The translations under genes were made by a program, and so were the position numbers. A stretch of DNA of 63,316 nt, filler included, from Craspedostauros australis (lineage: Eukaryota): assembly GCA_030167865.1 (NCBI GenBank). It is 9 parts of 9 records of this genome, joined end to end, with 100 filler letters (N's around TTAATTAATTAA, not from the genome) between each part and the next. Parts side by side here need not be neighbours in the genome. Positions count along the whole stretch, not along the records: positions 39,115 to 47,323 come from JALAGF010004819.1; positions 47,424 to 57,883 come from JALAGF010004820.1; 7 more parts are not named here. One strand, 5' to 3'. Of this stretch, positions 46,675 through 57,344 are shown piece after piece. A model generated the notes under the pieces. The model saw nothing but the letters and a program-made list of their open reading frames with translations, was not told the DNA's origin and did not search any database. The first letter of the stretch is position 1; every line of letters starts with the position of its first letter.

Positions 46675-47322
46675 ATGATATCAAGGCACATCATCTACAT
46701 GGCTGCGTGCGTGTCAGTCGCGTTGCTCATCACAAGCACACCATCTGCCGCCTTTTGTGCGCGATGGAAGTCCACACGTGACTGTCGGGGATTGGCACGG
46801 TGGGGACAACCGCACCAGGGCAACTGCGCTCCAGCTTCAACCCTGCTGCTGGCATCGTCTTCATCTCCATCACCATCATCGGCGAGCGCGAAATCAAGTG
46901 CGCAACCAAAGTCAACAGCAAAGCCAAGAACAACACAAACAGAAACAGAGAGCAGGACACCAGCGGCATCAACTCCAAATACAGATACATCGACAAGTGC
47001 TGCTCCAATACGAACAAAACCAAACATTCAAGTGCGCAGTTTGATGCACACTATTCGATCACATTTCGGGGATACGAACAACCGTGGTGTCTCGTCCACC
47101 AAAGCCTGGGCAAGAACAAGGAGATACGTGCGCTTCGCAGCGGATACCTTATCCCTCAAGCAAGCACAAGAAGTCCTTGACTTCCTTTCATCCATCTGTC
47201 CTGCATCGACTGCAAAGAAAGTCGTTCAGTTAGCACCCCCAGTTCTAACAAAGGATGTGTCCAAGTTCCTTGCACCAGCATCGGAGCATTTCATCAATGT
47301 ATCAGGAAATGAGGCATTCCAG
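46675..47322 (+). CDS. Second, near-identical copy of the mTERF gene (5' part; runs into an assembly gap)
   Basis: 46381-47322 closely matches 40081-41028, including upstream non-coding DNA, with scattered substitutions and small indels. Confidence 0.85.
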
Positions 47323-47423
47323 ANNNNNNNNNNNNNNNNNNNNNNNNNNNNNNNNNNNNNNNNNNNNTTAATTAATTAANNNNNNNNNNNNNNNNNNNNN
47401 NNNNNNNNNNNNNNNNNNNNNNN

Positions 47424-47735
47424 TCATGGATACTGAAGGTGAACTTCAAATGGTAAGTACTCATGGAGTAGGAACCAGTACTGAATGAACGGAGTGTCGA
47501 ATGCGGAACATGCATCGAACACGGAGTATCGTGTAGCATGAGCACACGATGTTGAGAGAGAGAGAGAGAATACAGAGAGGAGCGAGAGAGCATCTTGCGT
47601 ACCGACTCATAGTCGGAGACTAAATCTACGAAACAGATTGAAGCGCCAAGAGCATCGGACAAGCGAACGGGCGTACACCGAGAGGATCGGAGTAGCCAAG
47701 TAATGAAATAGCAAACAGACGACTATCAACCAACA
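47424..47735. mobile_element. Family B fragment (inverted), ending in CCAACA
   Basis: Reverse complement matches 57984-58200 and 16390-16580: (GA)n-ATAC, GAGAGAG.ATCTTG, ACTCATAGTC, CCAAGAGCATC, CTATTTCATTAC. Confidence 0.7.
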
Positions 47736-48411
47736 CCATCTTCCACGATCGTAGGTTACCGTGAGCGGAACTTGCCAACATTCGCCAACCTAACCGTCGC
47801 GGGCAGGGGCAGGGACAGCAGGTACCAACGTATCAACATGCTGCATCTCCTACAGCACATGTGGCCTGGCNNNNNNNNNNNNNNNNNNNNNNNNNNNNNN
47901 NNNNNNNNNNNNNNNNNNNNNNNNNNNNNNNNNNNNNNNNNNNNNNNNNNNNNNNNNNNNNNNNNNNNNNNNNNNNNNNNNNNNNNNNNNNNNNNNNNNN
48001 NNNNNNNNNNNNNNNNNNNNNNNNNNNNNNNNNNNNNNNNNNNNNNNNNCACTGAAGGATTCAAACAGCCAATGGACGTCACCGACCACATGAAGAATTA
48101 TCGGTTTCGTGCCATCCGAGAATCACTGATCCCACACATCTTCACGGATGCATCCAAGCAATTCTCGGATCCATGGTGGCAAATTCAACCAGGTGTGGAT
48201 GCTTTCAACGCGAAGCGGGCGTAGATCATGTGCGGGAACACACTGAAGGTGATGGATGAATCCATGAGTGCCTTCAAGACACGAACAACCAAGAATGGGA
48301 ACCTTCCTCACCTATCCTTCGTCCGCCGCAAACCTGAGCCGCTGGGCGTGGAATTCAAGACCGTTGTCGATGGAGAGACAGGGATCATGCTGTTCTTGGA
48401 GATCCAACGGG
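47736..48411 (+). pseudogene. piggyBac transposase fragment of a different subfamily, cut by the LINE insertion
   Basis: LLQHMWPG...YRFRAIR...DPWWQI...FN..R*...VMDESMSAF...GNLPHLSFVRRKPEPLGVEFK...GIMLFLEIQR. In-frame TAG at 48222. Coding character stops abruptly near 48411. Confidence 0.88.
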
Positions 48412-48541
48412 ACAATACCAGAACCCGAAAAAATCAAAACAACGATAACACTAGTAAAGAGACAAAACACAACACATCAACAAAAACCAGTACAAAACCT
48501 ACAGCGAATTCTACGTGACACGAACGAAATCCAAAACGACG

Positions 48542-51500
48542 ATGAAGGCAACCAAACATGTCAGGATTATGGAGGACAAAGCTGACGATGTCGAGATGGC
48601 CGAGGTGCAAGGGCCAGCGGTGCAAGCCACAACACCCAAGCCGCCTCCCAAGCCAAATCCGAGCCTCAGCGAGGAAGAACTGATGGAGAAACGAGGAGAA
48701 GTAGCCACAGAGTGGAAGGATCCGAACACAGCGCGGTGGAAAAAACTCAGCGACACGATCGCACACCAGGCAAAGGGATTCGAGCCAGGCGAGAAGTACG
48801 GGGAAGGCGAACGGGCAATGCACAACCAAGTCAAGAAGGCACTCACCAAGAAAGCCATGTGGGAGAAGACCGATACATCGATGGTGTCCGCAAGCATGCC
48901 GAAGATCAAGGACATGACAGTTTTCTTCCAAACAGTCATGGACGGGCGCACCACAAAACTGGGGAAATCCAAAGTTCCACCAGACGACCCGTCCAGAGTA
49001 GCCATCAAGCAACTGATCGCTGATCTTTCGCTCACAGACCCAGTCCGATGCTTCACAGACGCCGTAAAGCCAGGGGGGGCTACCATGATTGCAAACCAGA
49101 TGACCATTCTCTGGGCGGCGGCAACCAACTACATGGGGTGCCAATACATGGCAGAGAAACCCCCTCCGGAAGTGGACTCGGGAGCCGAAGCAATGACAGT
49201 CGACAGTGATGATGACAGCTATTGTTGGAAATCCGGGGTTATAGTTAGTACTAAATTCTAATCTGCTGTTAGAAACTGTACCGTTTTAGAACTGTGAGCA
49301 CAATCTCACTTTCTCTTCCGATTTCGTTTTCTTGACAGGCATCTGTCGCGGTAACGACACGGGGCATCCTGTTGTCTCTTGGGTGCTTCCCTCTTCATTC
49401 ATCATGCTCTGTTCTTGCTTTCTTGTCTCTACATTGTCGCAGCCGTCTATGTGTGCATGGTAGGGATCTGCAGTTCTGAGCACTTGCCTGTTTCATGTTT
49501 CCATCGTTGATCTCATGACACTGTCGTTTCATGGCCGATGTCACCTTTGGTGATGTTCCAAACCTGTGGATGTTCTGATCCTTTCTGATGTTCCAAACCT
49601 GCGGATGTTCTTGTCCGCAGGATGGGCGTGTGCTGTCCTCTGAAGAAGGTGCGTCACTTGCCCATGAACATGCTGTTCTGTCGACGTCGTCGTCTGGATG
49701 GTTGCCATGGTTGGCGTGGTATCGGGACCTCCTGATCCGCCATGGGTGTCGTCCTTACGTTACTAGAGGACAGGCTACTCTCCTCGCGGTTATGTAGGTA
49801 TCAATCGCGTCCGTATGCTTAGTCATAGTCATAATGACATGGTATACAAAGATGTGACAAATAGTCTCTGAACATGTGATGAATAATATTCAAAGCTGTG
49901 ACGAACAATGTTGGGAGGTGCGGCAATTACGGGTATTCCGACAAAGTCGTACCCTCAATTCCTAACAAGCTATGATCTCGTAGCATTGGTGTCAAAGAAA
50001 CCGCTTAAACAGGCGAATCTGACAGCATACACCACAAATACGAAGATCAACTCTCCAGCGCCACGCGACAAGGACGGCAACCCCAGCGTAGCAAGAGCGC
50101 CAACAGCCAGCGACGGAAACTCCAACAGCAACGAGACTACAGATGACGGATGGACCAAACATCAGAAGAAGAAACCTCAGATGTCTAGCCCAAAGCGCCG
50201 GTACTACGAGAGATTCGAAATGCGCCTCAAAATCCCCAAAGGCACCAAAACGCCAGTGAGGGATTTTCAGGAACGCTTTCGGCAATGGTACGACGAGGCC
50301 AAAGGCATGGACCAGAGCCTGACAATAAGTCCGTGGTACAAGAAGAACAAGGCAAAGGGTTGCATCATCACCGACGCTGACATTCCCGCTATGTGGAAGG
50401 ACCTCCGATACTACATCGGCAGAGCCAACCCGACGTCGAAAAGTGAGGACGTATACTTGCAAGTTCTGATGTCCTCGAACATCGACATGCAGGCATTCAC
50501 AAGCTGGAACACAGAGCTTGAGGGAGCGTACCACGAGGGCGAGTATGCCTACATCCAGGACTTGCGCGATGCGGAGCATACGACCGAGATAGGCTTCATG
50601 GCCTATTCCGGTAACTTCACGAAGGCGAAGCAAACCCCAGCAGTCATCAATCAGCTATTGGCAGAGAAGAGAGCCAAGCTCAAAGTCGGCGGCAGGGTGA
50701 AATTCATGGGAAAGGTGTCCGAGGAAGTGAAGACAAATCACTTGCAGAACGGCGGAAGCTGGTACAATGCTCCATGGATGGCACTTCATCTACATGCGGA
50801 TGTAAAAGACGCGCGCAGGGCATCAAAGCTCCTGGGCAAAATCTTCAACACCAAGGATGGCGACCGCAAAGGCCTCAACTACAGATATGTGCCCAAACCA
50901 GGCACGTCTGTCATGGGAGCGAAGACGGCGATGAAAGTTCAAGCCATGATCCAAAAACATCAGAGCTACGTGCGCAGACTGAAGTACGAACAGCTCAAAG
51001 GTGACTTCGCGTTAGACACCAAAGATCCAGAGTCGGGCACCGTCACTCTTCGGGAGTTCCTGGCGCAGCAAACCAGCGACGGCAATCCTCTCATCCATGA
51101 TGTCAGCACAACGCACATGGCAGATGGTAAGGAAGACGCGATCCATATCGTGGCTTTCGAGGAGCGATACGCGCAAGCGGTAGGGCTCATCCACACAATC
51201 GCGATCAGATGTTCAACGGAAATCAACGCATCCACGAACAAGTGGTTCTCCGACGATATTGTGGCAATGAGTTGCTCCATGATAAAGGATGACAGCGGGG
51301 AATACGTGGATGTTGAGACTGAAGAAGAAATGGACTTCCTGTTGGACGAAGGGTTTGGAAATGTCGTCATCGAAGGCATCGACCTCATGGAGAGCGAGAG
51401 CGCATCCCCAAAGCGAAAGAAGGCCAGACTGGAGGACGAGAGTTTTAAAACTTTCGGGACAGAATACGGCAAGTCAGCAGCTTCGTCACGATACACCATA

Positions 51501-51725
51501 CCGGAATCTCAGACAGAGGCAGATGAAATCGAAGCGGAAATCGAAGAAGCAATGAAGATGGCAAGAGAAGCACAAGAGTTTGAGGCGAGTCGAGTCCGAG
51601 TGCAAGAACAATCGAACACGATCACCAACCAAGAAGCAATCACAGCGGCACTGCGCGCCCAACTGGAAGCGTCCACGGCCACGCCACCTGCCTCAAGCAA
51701 GGGTAGGGGCGAGGATCAAGAATAA
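48542..51725 (+). pseudogene. LINE ORF1 (about 810 aa when reconstructed), interrupted by a family A insertion
   Basis: 48542-49222 (...DSDDDSY) joins in frame to 49974-51725 (DLVALVSKK...) once the insertion and one TSD copy are removed. C-terminal coiled coil. Confidence 0.85.
49223..49967. mobile_element. Family A solo-LTR-like insertion, copy 3, with 6-bp TSD AGCTAT
   Basis: TGTTGGAAATCCGGGG...AATTCCTAACA flanked by AGCTAT at 49217-49222 and 49968-49973. Confidence 0.92.
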
Positions 51726-54700
51726 AGCGAGGCTGGGGGCAGGAGAAGCATCACCAACCACCCCCGCAAGCCTAACGGATGCAACCCCGGAGGAAGGGCG
51801 CCAGGAAGGGCACAACCTCCACGATCGGCACTGGGGCGACTCCCCTCGTACAAAGAGCAGTTCGGTATTGAGAATAGCAGCTCTTAACGTGGGGTGCCTA
51901 CAGGCGGGATCGAAACATTGGAAAAACGACGATCTATGGCAATGGGTCAAGCAGAAGAAGTTTGATGTGGCCCTGCTATCAGAGATAGGGGTTAACTGGT
52001 CCAAGGTGGGCAAGATGAACTCATGGAAGGCGAGATCAAGCAAACACGTACACACAGAAAGGCATGCTTTGGCCTACAACGAAAGAGAGAAGCTCGGCGG
52101 AATACGACAGTGGGGAGGCACAGCATGCACGATCATAGGGAACGTCACAGGCAGATACAAGAGCCTGGCCAACGATCCCCGCAAGCTGGGGAGGTGGACG
52201 AGTATGGCCATCAGAGGCAGACAGGACACCACAGTGAGACTTGTGAGCGTTTACGTCCCCAGCAAGGGTGGTCAGAGCGCCGGCACAGTCTATAATCAAC
52301 AGGCATCGTGGTTGGAGTCCCAAGGTATCGACACTGCCCCCATCGAGCTTCTGATCCAGGATCTGGAAACAGCCATCCAGGAATGGAGGCAAGACGGAGA
52401 GGCAGTCATTGTCGGAGGCGATATAAACATGCCGGTGGCCCGCTCCCGAATGGCGACCATGATGGGACGGCAGCACATGAAGGAGGCGATTCTCAGTCGA
52501 CACCCACAAGCCCCAGGAATATCAACAAATGTGAGGGCAAACTCGGACAGGGTGATTGACGGCATATGGGTGCCAGCATCGGTGCAAGTCATACGAGCGG
52601 GATACAGCGAGTTTGGAATGTGGGACCACAGAACGGCGTGGATCGAAATATCTCAAGAGTCGATATTTGGATCAATCAGCAAGCCGACTCCCAAATTCGA
52701 AGGGCGTAGAGTACAGCTAAACCGGCCAGTCACGGTTCGCAAGTACAAGGCCGAGGTGCGGAAGCAGTACCATCAAGCGAAGATCCCGCAACGCATAGAA
52801 GAGCTCAGAGCAGCAATCGGAGCAGCACACACAATCACCACCGGGCAGGCAACCGCAATGGAGTCCATCGATCGAGAAAGAATGAGCATCATGCTGCAGG
52901 CAGAAAAAGGAGCACGAAAAATATACACTGGGCAAGTTCCATATTCCCCGGAGATCAAACGAAGGGCCATGGAGAAGCAGTTTTGGAATCTGGCGTGGAA
53001 GCGAAGGCGCGGCACGAAAGTGAGCTCGCGATGGTACGAAAGAGCCAAAAAGCAAGCAGGGATTACTACGAGAACGGCCACGCTCAACATGGATGAACTG
53101 GAGGATAAGCGAAGGCGAGCGCACGCACGATGGAAGACGGCAAAAAAGAACGCACTGAAACACAGACAAACATTCCTGCAAACCAGGGCGGACGAAATGG
53201 CCAAGGCCGGGAACATCACGTCGGAAGCGGCAATAGCAACCATCCAAAAACGCGAGGAGGTGGTGGAAACATTCAGAGCTATCCGAGCGGCAATTGGAGA
53301 CCACAGCAGCGGCAAAGTCATGATGGTGATCGCCAACAACGCAGAAGGGGAGGAAGAAGTCTTTGAGAAGGAGCACGCGGTTATAGCACAATGTATGAAA
53401 GCAAACGAGGCAAAGTATCGGCAGGCATATGTGACTCCTCTGCAAAGCGCGGCCATGGAACGAGAAATGCGGAAAGGAGGAGCTCAAGGCATCAGACAAC
53501 GCTACGGTCACAGGCTGGGGCAACACGAAGATGCCTTGATTCAAGCTCTCGCTCAAGCAGGCACTGTACCATGGGAGGAGTCTGACCTGGAAGTCACGTT
53601 GGAGAGCCACCAGCGACTGTGGGCCAAGGCACGAGAGAAGACGACTTCCGGGCCGTCAGGCTTACACTTTGGCCTGTGGAAAGCTAACGCGCAATGCGAG
53701 CAGCTAGCGCACATCGACGCCACCATGCGCGAGATTTCGCTGCGAACAGGCTACAACCTGGAGAGATGGCTGGTATGCACGGATGTCACCCTACTGAAGG
53801 AACCGGGCAACTTCCGAGTCTCCAGATTTCGAACCATCAGCCTGGTCGAAGGGGATTTCAACGCCAACTTGAAATGGATTGGCAAAGTGATGATGAAGCA
53901 TGCCGAGAAGCACCAGATGCTGCCTGAGGAGCAGTATGGCAGCCGCAAACAGCGAAGCGCGGCAGAAGTCAGCTTGAACAACCGGATGACGGATGACATT
54001 GTACGGATGACGGCATCGCCCAGCTGTATATGCTCTAACGATGCAAAAAGTTGCTATGATCGAATGGCTCACGTGCCGCTCGAACTCAGGATGCAACATC
54101 TCGGCGTCCCAACCACGGTGAGCCGCAGCGTCACCTCAGCCATTCAGTCCATGCAGCACCACGTTCTCACCGGATTTGGCAAATCGTCCAGGACATATCC
54201 ACGACGTGGCACGAAGTTGCAGGGGCTGCTGCAAGGTTTAGGCATATCACCGGCTGGGTGGGTGGCTATGAGCTCTCCTATCATGCAAGCGATGGCAGCC
54301 AAAGGCTACGGGTTTAGCACGACGAGTCCCATCACGGCAAAGGAGACCAAGCTCGTGTGTTTTTCGTTCGTGGACGATACGGATCTTATCCACTCGGTCC
54401 AAGCTGATGTCAATGATCCCGAAGCATGCACAGCAGAAGTACAATGTGTGGTGGACTCGTGGGAGGGAATGTTGAGAGCGACAGGGGGTGCGTTGGAGCC
54501 CAGAAAAAGTTACTGGTACCTCATGGTCTTCAAATGGGACGGGAGTCAATGGCAGTACAAACGCATCGACGAGCAACCAGGCGACATCAGCATCCGGCAG
54601 CCCGACAGTCAGCAAAGGGCTACTCTTCTGAGACTGCAGGTGGACCAAGCCAGGAAGGCCCTGGGAGTCATGGTTCGGCACGACGGCGTGCAAGACGACA

Positions 54701-57333
54701 ATGAGGCATACTACACGGAGAAAGCGGAAAAGTGGGCCGACAAGGTGCGGCGAAGTCGAATGCTAAGGACCCACGCGTGGATTGCCATGAAGGCTACCAT
54801 CTGGAAAACTCTGGAGTATCCATTGACCAGTTCCACATTCACGAAGGACACCACAGAGAGAATCATGAGGCCAGCGCTCCAGGCGGCGTTGCCGGCGGCC
54901 GGAGTCCAACGCAACATGTCGCGAAGGATAGTGTTTGGGTCCCTCGAACGTTTCGGTTTGGGAGTGCAGCACCTCTACTATGTGCAGATCACAAAGCACC
55001 TCGAAATGCTCGCCAGGCACTGGGGGCAGCACACCCTCACTGGAAAGCTCATGAGGACCTCGCTGGAGATCATGACATTGCAGGTAGGAATGCCAGAGGT
55101 ATTCCAACAGGACCCAGCGCAGTGGGAGCATCTAGCGACGGACTCGTGGACAAAGGCGGTATGGCAAGAAGCAGCAAGGGTGGGCATAACCGTGCAGTGG
55201 GAGCAAAGGATACTGCATGCCCCTCAAGAACATGACGCGCCAATCATGGAGCGTGTCAGAGCCCTTCAACTTGGCAGGAAAGTCGAGCTCGCCATCAACC
55301 TGTGCCGCATCAAAAAGAGGGTCTTCTGGATGTCGGATATCACAGCGGTGGACGGAGAGCGTCTCCACCCGGCCGTGGGGAGTCCGGAGCCCATCCCGTT
55401 CAGAGCATCCCGAATGGCATGGCCACCGATAGGTTCAGTGAGTCCGGCCAACTGGAAGCAATGGGGTCAGGCCGTTCGAAGGCTGTTCCAGGTCTCCAGA
55501 ACAAGCACCGCCCGGCTGGCCCGTCCGTTGGGCAAGTGGAGGCAATATTCGTCGCAGGTGCCGTTGGTTTTGTGGGATCCAGGAAGTGATCGCCTCTCAA
55601 TGCGCGAGCAACCCGGGTCGTGCCTCCGGCGAGTTCCACGGAGACGGCGCGCCAAACTCTACGAGCCATCAGATGGAGCAGTGGGAGCGGCAACGCATAT
55701 CGTCGATGGATATATGGCAGGAGATCGGATAGTGGTTACGGGAGCAGGAGAAGGCTTGCAGGCGGCGCATACCGACGAGGTGACGATGGACCAGCTGCTG
55801 CGAGAAATGCCAAGGTCAACAAAATGGTCAATGCAACGCTACGAAAAGACAGGTGACTGGGCAACGGTAGCAGAGTCCATACGGAAAGGTTCAGCGGTGG
55901 CCTGCAGTGACGGCTCAGTGGCGGAAGGGAAAGGGGCGTCTGGGGCGATCATCCTGGCAGAGCATGAAGGTCGCGGAGCACAGCTGCTCGTCCTCAATCT
56001 GGCGCCAGCGACAAACGAAGTCATGCAGTCGCAGCGGGCAGAGCTGGCTGGCATATACGGCGTGCTGGTAATGCTCAGCGCAATATGCACGGCATACGGG
56101 GTCGTCGACGGAGCAGTGGTTCTTGGATGTGACAACCTGGGAGCTCTCAAAGCCCTGGATCATGAGTGGGCTCTGTCCCCCACGTCCACAGATGCCGACC
56201 TGCAGAGGGCGGTCCGGACGTTGAGCGTCGCGATACCCATCAAAATCCATGGACGCCATGTGAAAGGACATCAAGACGACAAAGCAGGATGGAGCTCCCT
56301 GGACCGGTGGGCGAGAATGAACGTGGTGGCAGACAAGTTGGCCCGAATAGCGCGGGAGTCGATCCCGGCGAGCGAGACCCACAGTGGGCACATCCACGGG
56401 GAGCATGTTTCCTTCGTCTCACTTGGCAAAATCACCAGGATCACGTACTCGGCGGTGTCGCGAGGTCCAATATGCGATGGCATGGTTCACGTCCTCCGGA
56501 GAGGAGTGGTGCGGCGGCCGGAGCAAGTTGAGTGGGAGGTTATCGGCCGGTCCTTGCGAGAGCTGGGTCAGGTCAAGCGGCTTCTCACGACCAAGCTTGT
56601 TACCGGCGAAGCGCCCATGGGCAAGCGCATGAAGCAGTGGGGTTTGCGGAAGTCCGATCTGTGTCCTAGTTGTGGCAAGCAGGAAGACGCGAAACACTTC
56701 TGGCATTGCCCGGGAGCAGACAGGCTTGGGGTTTCGAAGCGGCGTCTTCGTGAACTCGGCGGATGGCTGCGAGGTTACCCAACGGCACCGGCAATCACAA
56801 CGCTGCTAATGGCAATGCTGCGGAGCCAACTGGAGGGGTCCACATATCTGCAGATGTCCTCTCCCGGAAGTCTTCTCCACGAGGCGGCTACAAGTCAGGA
56901 ATCGGTAGGCCCGCAAGCTTTGCGCAAGGGCATTCTGTCGTCGAAGTGGGTAGAGATGCAGCAGCAGTTCCTGCAACAGCAGAAGACCCGGAGGACAGCG
57001 GCAGCATGGGCACGGCAGGTTGTTCGACGAATATGGCACATCGCCTGGGAACACTGGTCGGTCCGAAATGACGCTATGTTCCAGGGTGACAACTCGGCCG
57101 AATCCGAAATGGTTCAGGCTCTACACGACAGGGCTAAATCACTTCGGCTTCGCCTCGAGAGCAGTCCGGATTCCTATCGGCGACTCTTACAGTCGGCCCC
57201 GGCAGAAGAAGCGCAAGTAACACAGGTTGCAGTGTGGGTGGAGCAGGCAGCGCGGCGATTGGGTGAGGCGGCCGCCACAGGCGTCCTCTTCCGATGGCTA
57301 CAGTGCAGGCATGTGCACCCGGACCCCAACTAA
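51580..57333 (+). CDS. LINE ORF2: AP endonuclease, reverse transcriptase, RNase H, C-terminal CCHC finger
   Basis: APE: LRIAALNV, LLSE, VSVYVP, GGDIN, IDGIW, DHR. RT: FRTISL, EEQYGSR, SNDAKSCYDR, LLQG, FVDDTD. RNase H: SDGS, RAELAG, GCDN, HVKGHQD, NVVADKLA. Finger: CPSC...H..HC. Confidence 0.96.
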   Translation: MRRVESECKNNRTRSPTKKQSQRHCAPNWKRPRPRHLPQARVGARIKNKARLGAGEASPTTPASLTDATPEEGRQEGHNLHDRHWGDSPRTKSSSVLRIAALNVGCLQAGSKHWKNDDLWQWVKQKKFDVALLSEIGVNWSKVGKMNSWKARSSKHVHTERHALAYNEREKLGGIRQWGGTACTIIGNVTGRYKSLANDPRKLGRWTSMAIRGRQDTTVRLVSVYVPSKGGQSAGTVYNQQASWLESQGIDTAPIELLIQDLETAIQEWRQDGEAVIVGGDINMPVARSRMATMMGRQHMKEAILSRHPQAPGISTNVRANSDRVIDGIWVPASVQVIRAGYSEFGMWDHRTAWIEISQESIFGSISKPTPKFEGRRVQLNRPVTVRKYKAEVRKQYHQAKIPQRIEELRAAIGAAHTITTGQATAMESIDRERMSIMLQAEKGARKIYTGQVPYSPEIKRRAMEKQFWNLAWKRRRGTKVSSRWYERAKKQAGITTRTATLNMDELEDKRRRAHARWKTAKKNALKHRQTFLQTRADEMAKAGNITSEAAIATIQKREEVVETFRAIRAAIGDHSSGKVMMVIANNAEGEEEVFEKEHAVIAQCMKANEAKYRQAYVTPLQSAAMEREMRKGGAQGIRQRYGHRLGQHEDALIQALAQAGTVPWEESDLEVTLESHQRLWAKAREKTTSGPSGLHFGLWKANAQCEQLAHIDATMREISLRTGYNLERWLVCTDVTLLKEPGNFRVSRFRTISLVEGDFNANLKWIGKVMMKHAEKHQMLPEEQYGSRKQRSAAEVSLNNRMTDDIVRMTASPSCICSNDAKSCYDRMAHVPLELRMQHLGVPTTVSRSVTSAIQSMQHHVLTGFGKSSRTYPRRGTKLQGLLQGLGISPAGWVAMSSPIMQAMAAKGYGFSTTSPITAKETKLVCFSFVDDTDLIHSVQADVNDPEACTAEVQCVVDSWEGMLRATGGALEPRKSYWYLMVFKWDGSQWQYKRIDEQPGDISIRQPDSQQRATLLRLQVDQARKALGVMVRHDGVQDDNEAYYTEKAEKWADKVRRSRMLRTHAWIAMKATIWKTLEYPLTSSTFTKDTTERIMRPALQAALPAAGVQRNMSRRIVFGSLERFGLGVQHLYYVQITKHLEMLARHWGQHTLTGKLMRTSLEIMTLQVGMPEVFQQDPAQWEHLATDSWTKAVWQEAARVGITVQWEQRILHAPQEHDAPIMERVRALQLGRKVELAINLCRIKKRVFWMSDITAVDGERLHPAVGSPEPIPFRASRMAWPPIGSVSPANWKQWGQAVRRLFQVSRTSTARLARPLGKWRQYSSQVPLVLWDPGSDRLSMREQPGSCLRRVPRRRRAKLYEPSDGAVGAATHIVDGYMAGDRIVVTGAGEGLQAAHTDEVTMDQLLREMPRSTKWSMQRYEKTGDWATVAESIRKGSAVACSDGSVAEGKGASGAIILAEHEGRGAQLLVLNLAPATNEVMQSQRAELAGIYGVLVMLSAICTAYGVVDGAVVLGCDNLGALKALDHEWALSPTSTDADLQRAVRTLSVAIPIKIHGRHVKGHQDDKAGWSSLDRWARMNVVADKLARIARESIPASETHSGHIHGEHVSFVSLGKITRITYSAVSRGPICDGMVHVLRRGVVRRPEQVEWEVIGRSLRELGQVKRLLTTKLVTGEAPMGKRMKQWGLRKSDLCPSCGKQEDAKHFWHCPGADRLGVSKRRLRELGGWLRGYPTAPAITTLLMAMLRSQLEGSTYLQMSSPGSLLHEAATSQESVGPQALRKGILSSKWVEMQQQFLQQQKTRRTAAAWARQVVRRIWHIAWEHWSVRNDAMFQGDNSAESEMVQALHDRAKSLRLRLESSPDSYRRLLQSAPAEEAQVTQVAVWVEQAARRLGEAAATGVLFRWLQCRHVHPDPN

Positions 57334-57344
57334 ACGGCAGCGGC

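Noticed and set aside
51580..57333. Bacterial RT system (retron, DGR, group II intron)
   Set aside because: The RT is fused to APE, RNase H and a CCHC finger downstream of an ORF1, which is a non-LTR retrotransposon architecture. I saw no template/variable repeat pair.
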